DNA from: Ascidiella aspersa
Taxonomy: Eukaryota
Reading direction: 5' to 3'
DNA: 64,000 bases
NCBI GenBank assembly: GCA_963924565.1
Contig: OZ004608.1
Span: 17,298,001-17,362,000 of the forward strand
This document shows, in pieces, positions 1 to 28,339 of this stretch (its first letter is position 1; each line of letters opens with the position of its first letter). The position numbers and the translations under genes were made by a program. The notes below the pieces were generated by a model, which was given only the letters and a program-made list of their open reading frames with translations, was not told the DNA's origin and did not search any database.

Positions 1-74
1 TACGGTTGGGCGATGTTGTGTTGTAGCCTAGTAATTAACGCTTTGTAAAAATGTCGCTTCGTGTTATTCTGTCG

Positions 75-470
75 CAGTGTCACTTTAAAATGACTTAAGT
101 CCAAGTCGACTCATTTGTAAAATAACTTATGCGCCAGTCAAGTCACAATTAAAGAAGTCAAGCCCTTGTCATAAGAATTATACGGTAAACCATAGTTATA
201 GTTGGTCGTTCAATTGTGAGCAAAAACTTGACTAAAAAAATAATAAAAAACGCAACATATAGCAAGCAAATTGTTTTATGTGCAAAACTTAAAATAAAAC
301 CTAATTTTATAAACAAATGCTTGATGAAAACACTTCTTTTCAACCCAAGCCACTTGTCGAAAAGACTTACGTCAAGTCAAAAAGAATATCTTTGGTCAAG
401 TTAAGCCAGTTGAAAACAGTGAACTTAGTGCACTAAAGTCAAGTCATTGACTATAGTCATCACAATACTG
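75..470. mobile_element. hAT-like MITE with internal (GACTT/AAGTC)n motifs
   Basis: CAGTGT...ATACTG termini; near-perfect 8-bp TSD ttctgtcg/ttccgtcg. Related copies at ~25843-26276, ~29515-29635 and ~38465-38699. Confidence 0.75.
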
Positions 471-1349
471 TTCCGTCGTTCTGTAGTTTGTAAACGTGAC
501 CCACGGCGAACATCATAATTCGATAATTTATCTATCTAGAACGTATAAGGTATCTATTGTCAAAGCTATCGATATTTCAACCGTGACCGTTAAGTATTTA
601 GTAATTTGTTTGCACACTTTGCAGTCTGCTTTTGGTACTTACATTTTTTCTCTATCTACAGTAAAGCGAAATTTGTTAAAATAAAGATGAACTGTATTAT
701 GAAAAAACGTTACACCTGGCGCTAGGGTATGCGATAAGTTCGCTGTAATGGAAAAATATTATCAGTAAAAATGCGAGTACAGAAAACCAAAAAATAAATG
801 CTATTTATTAATTTAAAAACCTCTTTGTTGTATTTTGAGCACCCATTTACGACTCACCTGCATGCAACCCGTTGCTTTTTAACTGTATAATGTATATGCG
901 TTTATTTTTCTTTATGTAGTTTTAGCTGTAAGACAACGTTTTCTGGCGCTGGTCTAGAATCCTAGTCCTACCACAACGAACATTATTTTGGTTAGGGTAC
1001 GGGATTGATTTTGTTTTTATACCTAATTTAATACAGAGTTGAAATTTCGGCGCTCTTTCACTTATGTACGTGAAAAGTTATGCAAAAAACAATGTTTGGG
1101 TTAGGGTGCGGGTTAGCGTTTGGGTGAGGGTGGTCAAGTAATATTATGTTTATTATTAATAATAACTTGACCCACCCTCAACCAAACGCTAACCCAAACA
1201 ATATGCGTTATGGTATGCGGCATTTAAAGAAAGTTTTTTTTTTATTAATTTTCACGTACATAAGTGTAAGAGCGCCCTTTCACAATCCTTATAGGGTTGG
1301 GGTAGGTTAAGTAATACTATTAAATAATAATACTTGACCCACCCTTAAC

Positions 1350-1622
1350 CCAGGTTGGAAAAAGGCCCGCATTTTAGCGCTCAGCCGTGGTCATAGCCGC
1401 GCATTTCGTGTAAAATCAAAGTTAAATGTGGCCAGCCGCGAAAAATCGCTCAAACACGCAAAACTTTCGTCATGCTAACGGTTTTCACTATAGTACTCCA
1501 TTTTCAGTTTTACAAATAAGGTGATTACAGCCGCGCAAATTTGGGCGGAAATGTTATTACAGCCGTGAATTTCAAGCTGCAAAATCGTCTCCTCTGCGCT
1601 AAATCCAAAGTTTTCAATCTGG
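1350..1622. mobile_element. hAT-like MITE (nested)
   Basis: TIR CCAGGTTGGAAA/TTTCAATCTGG with perfect 8-bp TSD CCCTTAAC. A second copy lies at ~1911-2176. Confidence 0.8.
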
Positions 1623-1690
1623 CCCTTAACCAAACACTAACTAACACCCTAACCCAAATATTGTGCGTTGGTCCGAGGGTGGAAAGTCCT

Positions 1691-1910
1691 GACTGCATTC
1701 CATAATTTGTGGCCGCCAAAGATTTACGCCCAAATTTGTTTGGGCTGAAATCCTACGCCAAAATAGGACAATATATACGCCAAAAACGGCTATTTTTCCA
1801 AGTTAATTCACCAGGCCGGCAATATTTCACGCCAAATGATGTCACTGGCGTAGTTTTAGGCAAGCATTCCACGCCAAAGATCTCTGGCGGGAAGGCAGTG
1901 GAATGCAATC
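1691..1910. mobile_element. MITE family with GACTGCATTCCA TIRs and CGCCAAA motifs
   Basis: GACTGCATTCCA...TGGAATGCAATC. Further copies at ~3013-3209 and, inverted, ~26456-26619. Confidence 0.75.
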
Positions 1911-3369
1911 AGATGGAAAGTAAGGCCTGCACGTGGATTTATCCCTCGCCCAGTTTCCCGCTTAGCCACGTTCATATCTGCGCATTTCATGTAAAATCAA
2001 CATAAAATGTGGTCAGCCATGAAAAATTGTTCAAACGTGCAAAACTTCCGTCACATTTTTTTTAACGGTTTTCAGTATAGTCTCCATTTTCTGCTGTGCA
2101 AATTTTACAAATAACGGTATTACAGCCGTGCAATTTCAAGCTGCAAATAGTCTCTATCCAAAGTTTCCAATTTGGCTTTGCTCTAATAATTGTTTCAATG
2201 CTGTGATAGGAATCTACACTAGCGCCCATTTTCTTCATAAATAAACATTAACATTTTAATTTCTGTTTAGCTTTATGGAAGATGCTATTCACCCAGACAC
2301 AAAAGTAGTTCAAATCATCATATAATCACTAACAGGTGCAAGCTTAAAAGAGTTTAACCGGTTAGTTGTTAATAGGCCTTCCTGAGGATGAGGTTATTTA
2401 CCCGGCTAACGAAGTAATTTAAATCAATTTTAAATTTAAAACTATCACCACCCAAAACCAAACGCCAACCCCAACCTTAATCCAAATCAAGGTGCAAGTT
2501 AAAAGAGGGATCCAGTCAAATAGCCACTTCCTAACGTTTTTTAGGTTGTGTTACTTTTATAGGAAACTATGTCCAATATCTAATACATTTTTCGAGTTGA
2601 TAGCATTGCAGTGCCTTCCCATTAAAGATTTTTGGCATGCAAACCTTGTTATTCAGCAATTCCACTTACAATTGCAAAAATCTAAACTCTGAAAGAAACA
2701 AAAAACTTTTACTATATGTGTCCTTTAACATTTGCAAATTTAAATAAAAACACATGTGGAAATACGTCTGGAAAGTCACATGGATTAAAAACACAAGTAA
2801 CAGCTTATTATATATGCAGCAATGCTTCCAAACAATTATGGGTTTGTTACTGTAATTTTACAATCACCAAAATTGAAATCAAAAAAGTACAATCCTACAT
2901 AATATAGAATGATATAATTTGTTATACTGTCTTCTAAATGCAAAAAACTTCTGTAAGAGGCTTACCAATAAGTCAAAGTCAGATTGTTAAATAATCCCGA
3001 TATTTCTAGGCCTGACTGCATCCCATAATTTGTGACTGCTAAAGATTCGCCACAATTTTTTGGGGGGGCCAAAATTGGATGATATATATGACAAAAAGCG
3101 TATTTTTTGTTTCGTTAATTCCTTAGCCAAGTGATATTTTAGGCCAAATGACAGCACTGACCTGGTAAGAGCAAACATTCCACGCCAAAGATGGGAGTGA
3201 AATACAATCGGGTCTCTAGGTACCCTTGGACATCAGAAATGGCACCTAAGTCACAACGGTGCCGTAGCACCCTCGTTTGGGAACAACTGTTGTAAGCTGT
3301 TAAATTTACATTTATTTTTTCAAGATGTTATTATTAATAATTAAAGAGTTGCTTTAAAATTGTGATAAC

Positions 3370-19195
<15,826 letters not shown>

Positions 19196-20409
19196 TGTCT
19201 TGACGCACTTTAAAAGCAAGTATTTTTATATGAAAGGCAAAAGCCATAAAGCCAGATTCGGAAATGACATCAACATCTTTGGCCGCTATTTGAACACCAA
19301 GAAAAACTTTTTGATTGTCTCCAAAGTGGCAGAAAAAGAAGACAAGTAACTGTTTGGCATTTTAAGCGTTGTACAAATGTAGTAAAATAATTTTACATCA
19401 TGCTTAAAATATCTTTCTCGAAATAATACTCTTCTCCAGTGGTCTGACAATCGAAAGGATCTGTAATATATTTATACAATTTGATTTGACTTCAAACAGC
19501 TAGCGAAACGCGGTGAATTTTACGTAACTTAAATAACTGTGTGTGCGAATATTGCCATTTCTCTTTCCCAACAATTGGCTCGTGTGTTTTTATAAGGATG
19601 TGAGACGTGTCCTTGTTGTATTTAGCATATTGCGAAATCTTTGAATTTTAATTTAGTTATATTACCTTCGCGATCGCCTCTTCCCTTTCATTTTCCTTTG
19701 CAACCATTGAGGCCAAGATCTGGTGTCGCCTGCAGCAATTTTGCACGCTTTAATTGTATTGAAACTTAACTTTTAATTTGCCGTTTTGCCACGTAGCACA
19801 AATACATCAGCCATGATCTTCGGCACAGGCGATCGTGTCAGTCAGAACTCATTTGTCGTTCAGACTATGTTTTCGTTTTTGAAAGTATATCGTTGTTTTT
19901 GTTGTTCCGTCTGAGGGTGCAGATACTTCAATAGGTTGTCATTGTTTATCAAACTTTTGTGTTTCGTATCGAATCCAAACGCTTGAATGCGATTTAAACT
20001 CTTAATTATATCACCCTAACCTAAAACTTTTCCAAATTTGCTGTTTAAATTCTTAAACACGCTTATACACGTTCATTTCCATTGATCCATGTATTCAACT
20101 GTTGAAATTAGTTACTACATATCTGGAACGTTTTTAGAAACCTGACATTTCTGCTCCCTTTTTGAGAGACCTTGATTTTCTTTAATGGCTTCTCATTATT
20201 CGCTGCAATGGGAAGCGTGAATTTAAGCCTGTGTAGTAATAAAAAAAAAAACTTGTTACAATATGTATGGAGGTTGAAAACAACAACAGTAAAATACTTA
20301 TGCGACCTTATATACTGGCACTAATGTTCCCTTTCATTTTGATCACGTGCTCCGGTGCCCCAAATTTTGTCCATTGGCCGAAATGCAGTGCGCAAATTAC
20401 CTGTTCTGC

Positions 20410-20970
20410 ACGGACGGACCTTATTTTGGTATTCCTTTTTTTTTCATACCGCTATCGTCAGGATCAAGTCGTTTTTAAAAGACTTTAGTCCCAGTCAAGC
20501 CATGTATAAAATAACTTCATTCGGAGTCGAGTCTTTTCGAAAGTAGTCCAACACATCAATTGCCCGAGCCATTATTAGAGCAAGTCAACTCCAAGTCAAG
20601 TCAATGATATCAAATTAAAATTTTAAACTATAAAAATTGGTCCACGAGCAGCAGGGCTGCGGAGTCCGTTAATAGACCCGAGTCCGACTTGGGCCAAATG
20701 TACCCCGGTAACCCCGGTTCCCTTAATTTCGGCAATGAGCCGAAATTAAGTACGCATACTGCCTGGGCTGCACTGATAGACCTTATTTTCGTATTTCTTT
20801 CATATCGCTATCGTCAAAATCAAGTCGTTTTTGAAAGAAAAAAGTCCTGTATAAAAACTTTAGTCCCGGCAACTCCAAGCCAATTATCTTAAAATAAAAC
20901 GTTAAACTATAAAATTGGTCCATGGACTGCAGGGCTGCGGAGTCAGTTAGAATAACCCGAATCCGACTAC
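20410..20970. repeat. Imperfect tandem duplication (~280-360 bp) of a repeat fragment
   Basis: GACCTTATTTT..CGCTATCGTCA..ATCAAGTCGTTTTT at ~20417 and ~20780; GCAGGGCTGCGGAGTC..ACCCGA.TCCGACT at ~20651 and ~20929. Confidence 0.65.
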
Positions 20971-22633
20971 GGCCATGTACGATTTTGCCAAGTGCCTAGT
21001 CCAGTTCCAATTCTACAGCCTGTATTTCCGTAACTAAAATAAGGTGGATATTCAGCTTCTATAGGGATGTCTAATTTATCTATTTCTGTATAATTTATCT
21101 ATTCACAATAGATAGTTGGAAACCATTGCGCCTTTACATTTACCGCCTTGTCAGTTAACACGCCAGACTCTGGTGGTCTTTGCGCACTTTTACCATCAGA
21201 AAATGCTTTTTGACACATAAGCATTTCGGTGGTGATGTACTCAACTTTAAAAATTGACTACGAGTGGTCATTTGATGAATTCAATGTTGTGAAGTGACCT
21301 TCTTTGCTTTTTTAGTAAATGTGGGCCATAAAGTGTTTGGTGGTCGCTATTAGGATCGCGGCTCATTGCCGATTCACAACTCAACGGACTGTAAAGAGTG
21401 CAACGTCACCTTGTTCAGAAGAACATAAAAACAAATCGACCAAGAGTTGAACTGTTCAAATCAGGCTGAGTGTTTTTTTATTTTTTTTAGTAAGGATTAG
21501 ACGATCGTTCCTGTTAAAAGGGGCTACACAGTGTATCTTTTTGCACCAGTGCCATCTCACACTTCTATATCAATAAGCATTAAAACAAAAAAGGTCTTTA
21601 TATCCCTGTTTGTTTCTTTCACTAAGATAAACTGGTTTCTATAACTTTCTGATGCCCCGTATGTTATGTTAAGTCAGCGGTTCTCAACCTTTTTTATTAC
21701 GTGGACCCCTTTAGGAACTATTCAAACTAAATCCACCCCACTAAATGTGCGTTTGTTTACTTTTTGAGGTTTAAATTTGTTACATTTTTTAAATAGAAAT
21801 AATGCTCCGCAATCGTTTTCGAAAGAAGTTATTGTTATTTTGGAAAGTTATGAAAAAAATTGCTCACGATCTAGTAATGCATGTCATCCTGTTTCTGACA
21901 ATATTCTCTAACCTTTGTAGGCACAAGGGGTATCCAACCATTTTATTTTAGGAGAAGCAGAAAAGTTCCAAAGAGGACGTTACTTAAAACGTGACGTCAT
22001 AAAAAGTAACCTTCAGAACATGAAACAATGCGTAAGTTTTAGTTCAAGGTTGGAGAGGTGTCAAGTCACGTTGCAAAGCTAGGGTCGATTCGCGTAAAGC
22101 GCGAACAAATTGCTCTACAATTTTGGCAGAAAATTGCATTTTGGCAACAGCCTAATGTTCATACTATGGAAAAGTGCGATAAATTTTATCGTTTATTCAA
22201 TTGAAGAGGGCAAAAAGTAAAGCTTGAAAACGTCTTATATTATGATCGTTATTTTTTATGTTAAAAAGACAAAAAATAAAATAAGGCCTTTATCGTTTAA
22301 GTTACCATAACTGTCATTTTTGCTTGGCGCCTGTGGACTGACTAAAAAAAACAAAACTAAAACCCCATTTGGGGGGTAACCTAGTGTTAAGGTTTTTTAT
22401 TTAAAGTATAACGATTCTGTGATGAACTTTAAATGCTGTAACGCCAGCATTTAGAAAGAGGTGCTGGCAACAGGTTTGTAAACCCCTTTTTAGCGTCACA
22501 GTTTATAGGGTTGCTGCCAACAACCGGCATTATCGTATTAGTTGTGATTCTTTTCATGGACTGCACATGAAATGTACTGCATCAGTTTCAAAAACGTATT
22601 GGCCAACACCATCAACCGCCATTTAGCAGATAA

Positions 22634-25600
22634 TCAAGTTTTATTGTCTTTAAGTTGTGTATTCTTCTGGTTGATCTTTGCCATCTCCTCCATTTTCCGC
22701 CACCTGATCTGTGACCGCTCCCTCTGCTCTCGCTGCTGTTTCTTTTTCTGTTTAATATTGCTGAGCATTGTAGCGAATAACTTCTGGTTGACAGTCATGC
22801 AGTTGCGTATCACGTTGCTCGCCATGTTCACAATGGTTGGGTTCCAATGATAGTTCGAAACCTTTTAAAACACATTAAAAAGTTATATTATGCCCATAAT
22901 GTAGTCTTTTTCTTTCATTTAAATAATTCGTTTTACCAAATAACATATATGTTTTGGAACACAATACACGGGTTTCTTTAGTAATTTCAATAAAAATTAA
23001 AAAGCCATAATATTTGATAAAAGCGACATTTCGCAATTTACAGACGTTTCAGCAATAACTCATGCCATCATCAGTGTAAAAATCAAGTGAAGATAAAAGC
23101 GATAAAACGTAAAAAGAAAGGAAAAAAGGACAAAAAATGGCAGCGAAAAAAAGGCGATGAAATCTTTTTCACGAATGATCGAAATAAATTCGAAGGTGTC
23201 TTTGATGTTTCAAAGGTGAGATCATGGCAACCTTTGACGTTAAAAGTCTTTTTAGTAACATTCCAGTCGACCTGGTCATTAAACTCATTCTCGAACAAGT
23301 CTTCACAGATGGCGTGACTGATATTAGGGGACTTAACAAGCGCCGATAAAAAAGCTTTTGGAATGGACAACTAGGTGCACCACTCTTCAATTCAATGCAT
23401 CGTACTATAAACAATTGATGGCTTGCAATGGGGTCCCCCATTGCTCCACTGATGGCGGACGTATGTATGAACTTTGTAATAGATCAGGCCTTAAAGAAAA
23501 ACACCAAGAAAGACCAACCGGAAGTTCTATGTATAGGTATGTGGACGACCTTTCTCTTGTGTTTTCAAATTCAAATTCTTTAGAACGTTTTTTTCACCAT
23601 CATAAGCGCTATTCACCCTAACATTGCGTTCACCAAGGATTTGGATACAATCAACGGACTAACCTATTTAGATGTACTTTTACAACGCGGTAATCAAGGT
23701 TTACTTACCAAAGTTTACCGCAAACCGACTTACTCGGGCACTTATGCCAACTGGTCCAGTTTTGTTCCCTTTACGTACAAACGGAATTTAGCTAACGCTC
23801 TTCTAACCAGGGCGGAAACATCGCCAGTTCATATAAAATCATGCACGCTGAGTTTGCCACAATAAAGAACATGTTGTTGGGCAGTGGATATCCCAGTACA
23901 TTTGTAGACTGTGCTATTTCGCAACTCCTAAATAATCGCCACCACAAAAAGGATTCGAAAATTACGCCGGTTGAAGATGTGCGCTTTAGCGTAATGAAAC
24001 TTCCGTTTGTCGGACCTGTTTCACAGCACATAAGACGGGAACTGCAACGTTTTATTCAACGAAGCACAAACGACAAGGCCAAGTTAAGGTTTGTTCACGA
24101 AACGTCAAAGCTGGCCTCCTGGTTTGCCCTAAAAGATTCACCATCGCTACTCCACAAAACCAACGTGGTATACCGACTGCGATGCAGCTGCAACCAGACA
24201 TACATCGGCCAAACGCAACGCAACCTAAAGACCCGTATGAAAGAACACCAGTCGTCACCTAAGTCGGAAGTTTGTGCCCATTTGCTCACGAATCCTACAC
24301 ATAAGGTTAATTTCAACAAACCGGAAATGTTGAGTTCGCGGCATGACAAATATCGCCTTTTTTTGCTGGAATCGCTGATGATCCAACATCATAAACCAGA
24401 ACTCAACATAGATACAACCTCGGCATCTTTATATCTTTTGAACACCTAGCACTATGAACTGACCCATACATCGCCTTTTTTTCGCTGCCATTTTTTGTCC
24501 TTTTTTTCCTTTCTTTTTACGTTTTATCGCTTTTATCTTCACTTGATTTTTACACTGATGATGGCATGAGTTATTGCTGAAACGTCTGCAAATTGCGACA
24601 TATATGTTGATTATGAATTGCAAAGCCATAAAGGTCGAGTAGATCGACATCATCTTGGCTAAGACGTTTAGATACTAGCTTGTATCATCTCGAGTTAATA
24701 TGACTGAGAAGTAATTCAAGCAACGTCTTAATCAAGATGGTGTCGATCTACTCGACGTTTTTGGCTTTACAATTCATTATTAAGCTACATTAAAGACTCG
24801 TGCTTAGTGTACCCAAGAATATAGGTTGTTAGTATGATTTGAGGCTCACATTTAATTCTTGAAAAATATCCACTTATATTGCCAACTTTTTTGATTCGTC
24901 AATAAGTATACTACCGATGTATATGAGTTTTTGTGTAGTGTCAGTGGGGTCACCATATTTTGCCCAGTACCTTGAGGAGGCTGGGAAGCACAAGCGGATA
25001 GAGCTGGGATGAACTCACTTCCATTAAGCTGACAATGTACTCGTTGTCCCAGAAGTAAATCGCCCGCTCGGCTATCTAAAATTTAGTGTCAATTAAACAG
25101 TCTTCGTAACCGCAAAATACGCACTGTAAACAAATACATTATTTTTATATTATAATTTGATAGATGCAATATATACTTTTCTGCGCGTCATGCGAAGCTT
25201 TTGCTTTAATAGCTGCAAGCATTTTGCTTCATGATCAATAATATTAACTTCAGTTGTATGAGGATCTAGAAAGTTAGTTAAGGGCCATACAATTTTTAGA
25301 GATTACGTCACGAAGTTATAACGTGGCCGTTTAATTTAGAAAGAGACCAAATACCTCGAGGACACGATCAATATTCGGACATAACTGAAAAGAATGGCGT
25401 ATATCAAGATGATTTAGTTAGTTCACGAACGTTAGTCCAAGGTCACATAGCAAATGTTCAAAAAATAACTGTTTCAATCTCTAAATTTTATCGTTAATCG
25501 AGTATAGCTGGCCGCAAAAATTAAATTCGACCGTTATACTAGCGATCTTGTGTCCATATGTGTAAACAGATAACATTCGCGCAACGCGCAAAAAAAGTCC

Positions 25601-27681
25601 AATTGTTCTAAAAAAGAATCCCCAAAAACTTATTAAAAGGTGCTACACAATATTTGCCGCATATGATTAGCGCAAAGGGTTAAATTTTATTTTGCATTCA
25701 AAAGTTGTAAGTAAAATAGGCAAACAACTTCCTCTCTTGTTACACACTATAGTTTCATCGAGGCAGCAAACTTCTTTAAATTATTCAAGTTTGACGTCAT
25801 GTTTTCCATATTTGAAAATAATGTTATAGTCCGCCTAGGGGTATAGTGACTTAAGTCGAAGACTTCAGTCACTGTTTTGAAATGACTTGACTTATAAGCC
25901 TTTCGATAAAATCACTTGACTTGACTCAAGTCTTTTGGACAAATGACTTGACTTGGACTTAAGTTATTTAATCAAATGACTTGGGTTGAAATTGAGTGTT
26001 TTTATTTAACGTTTTACTATAAAATTAGGATTTATTAATTTTTGCACGTAAAACGATTAGATTGCTGCATGTTGTCTTTTTTCTATTCTCTAGTTGCGTT
26101 ATTGCATATTCGGACGATTTTACCAAATTTACAGTTTAACGTTTTGTAGTTAAATCGCGGTTTTGATTGGAGTTAACTTGTCGAATAATAACTTGATGGG
26201 ACTTGACTTGGGTAACTGATGACTTTGACTGGGACTTTAGTCATTTAAAAATGGATTATTTACAATTACAACACTGGATACCGGTTACCCCAAGAAAAAA
26301 TCTGAATCCGCCACGCGTGTCACCCAAACTTTTTTTTATAAAAGCGCTGGATCAATGTAAGAATGGCGATGCCGGACCGGTTAATTGAAAGACCGCCGGT
26401 CGTGCGAACTCCGAATTTCGAGTTTAATGCCGTAAGCCAACCCCTGTCGGGGCTTGATTGCTTCTAGTGCCTTCCCGCCAGAGATCTTTGGCGGCAATGC
26501 TTGCCCAAAAGCACGCCAGTGAGAAATCTGGCATGGAATTGGATTTTCCGTTGGATTTCACCCCCCAAAATTTTGGCGTAGGCTATATCTTTGGCGGCCA
26601 CAAATTATGGAATGCAGTCGCAGGTCTCGGGTTCGCCGACTTTGCACCTTAATCTATCTATAGAATTTAACTCAAAAAGGGTAGCCTACCGAGGCAACAT
26701 TACATACCTAACCTGAAAGTGTTCACTTTTGACGCATTCAGCGATCTTAATAAAAATGGCGCGTTGCACTTTTATGAATTCCGAAGGTTGCATGACGTCA
26801 ATAACCTCTTCAAGCTCACCGAGAAACATGAGTGATTTATTGGTAACTGTGCGGGGCCATCGTTTCAAAAATTTCGTAACAAACTCTTCAGTTAAACTTG
26901 GGTCTTTCTCAAGATACTGAACAACGCAGTAAACTAACTGCGCTTGAAAGTGATGTAGACTGCTTGCCGAATGCAGAGGTAACAAAATTTGGAACAAGAA
27001 CTGTCGGTGCTCTTTCTTGAGTGGGCATGCATAGCCATTTATAATGCTTCCTAGTACTTCGAGAATCTCGACAGCCCCTGGAAAATGTAAGTCCTCGTAC
27101 ATCATTTCCAGAAACTTATTGTTAATTTCAAAACGAATAAACGCGCGAAGTCCCAGAAACTTTGCGTAAATCCTGTGCAGCGAAGTTTTTAGACACTCTC
27201 TCTCATTTAGATCCTCACTTGCAAATCGGTTGATAAGGCTTGCGACAAAACTGTGATCAAGGAATTTTTTCGCCTCACTTGGCTGGAAGTCAGGCGACTC
27301 CAGAACACGGTGAAAAAAAGTGTAAACAAGCTGCAGGTGAGACCATCCTGGAACCTTAATGGGTTCGTCTTCATCTGGATCATAGCCGATATCTACTGGC
27401 GGAATCGCTTGAAACAGATTGTGAGAGATCATGGCAAACGCCATGGCGTATAGCGGCTCGATCAAAATTCCTCGACTATCTTCCATAAATTCGATAACCT
27501 CTTGGAGATAAATGCGTTTGAACTCCTTTTCTTTAAGTTGAGCTTGTGGATCTAGAAAGTTAAACGTATAACAACAGTAGCGAAGTTTCTTTGCAAATAG
27601 GTCAATTCTTACTCCGGGTTTTGCATTAGCTAGAAGTGGAAGAGGTGCCTTTAGTTTTGAGGTGCGTGCGTCAACCATCAT
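22634..27681 (-). CDS. PPP2R5: Serine/threonine protein phosphatase 2A regulatory subunit B' (B56/PR61) family, 3 exons, ~433 aa
   Basis: Exon 1 27681-26713 (LFAKKLRYCCYTFNF, WSHLQLVYTFF, SEDLNERECLKTSLHRIYAKFLGLRAFIR, LEVLGSIINGYACPLKKEH, QLVYCVVQYLEKDP, HFQ|gt). Exon 2 25075-24971 (IAERAIYFWDNEYIVSLM...LLK). Exon 3 22861-22634 (VSNYHWNPTI...MTVNQKLF...RWRKMEEMA...stop). All junctions are phase 0 GT-AG. Confidence 0.93.
23037..23080 (-). ncRNA. Minimal type-I hammerhead ribozyme in the inverted Penelope pLTR (5' copy)
   Basis: Minus strand reads TTTACA-CTGATGA-T-GGCA..TGCT-GAAAC-GTC-TGTAAA with a perfect 6-bp stem I. Confidence 0.82.
23160..24449 (+). pseudogene. Disrupted Penelope RT-GIY-YIG ORF
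   Basis: In-frame TAA near 23347 and several frameshifts split the RT across ORFs 23358, 23641 and 23841. The N-terminal part is missing. Confidence 0.85.
24549..24592 (+). ncRNA. Minimal type-I hammerhead ribozyme in the Penelope pLTR (3' copy)
   Basis: TTTACA-CTGATGA-T-GGCA[TGAGTTAT]TGCT-GAAAC-GTC-TGCAAA gives the core CUGAUGA/GAAA, stems I and II and a GUC cleavage triplet. One stem I mismatch in this copy. Confidence 0.8.
24614..24811. mobile_element. Palindromic non-autonomous element made of inverted PLE-type pLTRs (family copy 2, degenerate ribozyme core)
   Basis: AAAGCCATAAAGGTCGAGTAGATCGACATCATCTTG...CAAGATGGTGTCGATCTACTCGACGTTTTTGGCTTT. 24780-24811 matches the reverse complement of 7902-7935. 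Confidence 0.7.
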
Positions 27682-27866
27682 TAAACAATTTACCTTTGCA
27701 AATTTTACACATTTGAACCATTTTAAAATGTATTTTATACTGGCAATTCGTGTACTATGCCGTCATAAAACACGACTTGCACTGTTTTGTCATAAAACAA
27801 AACGACAAATATATTCTATAGCAGATTTAACAGACTTTAAAAACTTAAATGAATTATACAAAATTT

Positions 27867-28068
27867 GGCGCTGGTCTAGAATCCTACCACATTATTAAAA
27901 CAACACACAATATTTGAGTTAGGGTGTCGGTTAGTGTTTGGGTAAGGGTGGGTCAAGTATTAATATATTCATTATTTAATAATAATACTTGACCCACCCT
28001 AACCCAAACGCTAACCCCGCACCCTAACCCAAATAATTTGCATTGTGGTAGGATTCTAGACCAGCGCC
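27867..28068. mobile_element. Merlin-like foldback MITE
   Basis: Perfect 24-bp TIR GGCGCTGGTCTAGAATCCTACCAC, perfect 8-bp TSD CAAAATTT, palindromic GGTTAGGGT/ACCCTAACC core. Confidence 0.88.
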
Positions 28069-28339
28069 CAAAATTTTAGTAAGTAATAATAGTTTTACGA
28101 TTTTATTTTATGTTGGATATCCAACTCTTTAACATCCCATGTAAGGTTTAAATTCTGTTAACAAAATGGCGTTCAAATTCAGCACTCAACCAACTAGTTT
28201 GTGGTAACCAATGGAAATTGACAAAGCAGAGCTACAGTTCTGCTACCAAATTGAACCTAATTTTACGATTTTAAAAGTCAAATGTAGATTTTAAAAGTCA
28301 AATGTAAATATGGCATAGAATTACACGAAAACAAAATTC

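Larger units (their letters stand above)
945..2226. mobile_element. Merlin-like foldback MITE hosting several nested MITEs
   Basis: Termini GGCGCTGGTCTAGAATCCTA / TAGGAATCTACACTAGCGCC; TSD cgttttct/cattttct. Inserts at 1049-1276, 1350-1622, 1691-1910 and ~1911-2176. Confidence 0.7.
23031..24598 (+). mobile_element. Penelope-like retroelement (RT + GIY-YIG endonuclease), 5'-truncated, with inverted pLTRs, in intron 2 of the B56 gene
   Basis: RT motifs MATFDVKSLFSNIP (from 23224), YKQ..(frameshift)GLAMGSP, YRYVDD, YLDVLL, VYRKPT. GIY-YIG: NVVYRLRCSCNQTYIGQTQRNLKTRMKEH...LESLMIQHHKPELN (stop 24449). ~130-bp inverted repeats at 23031-23159 and 24469-24598. Confidence 0.92.
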
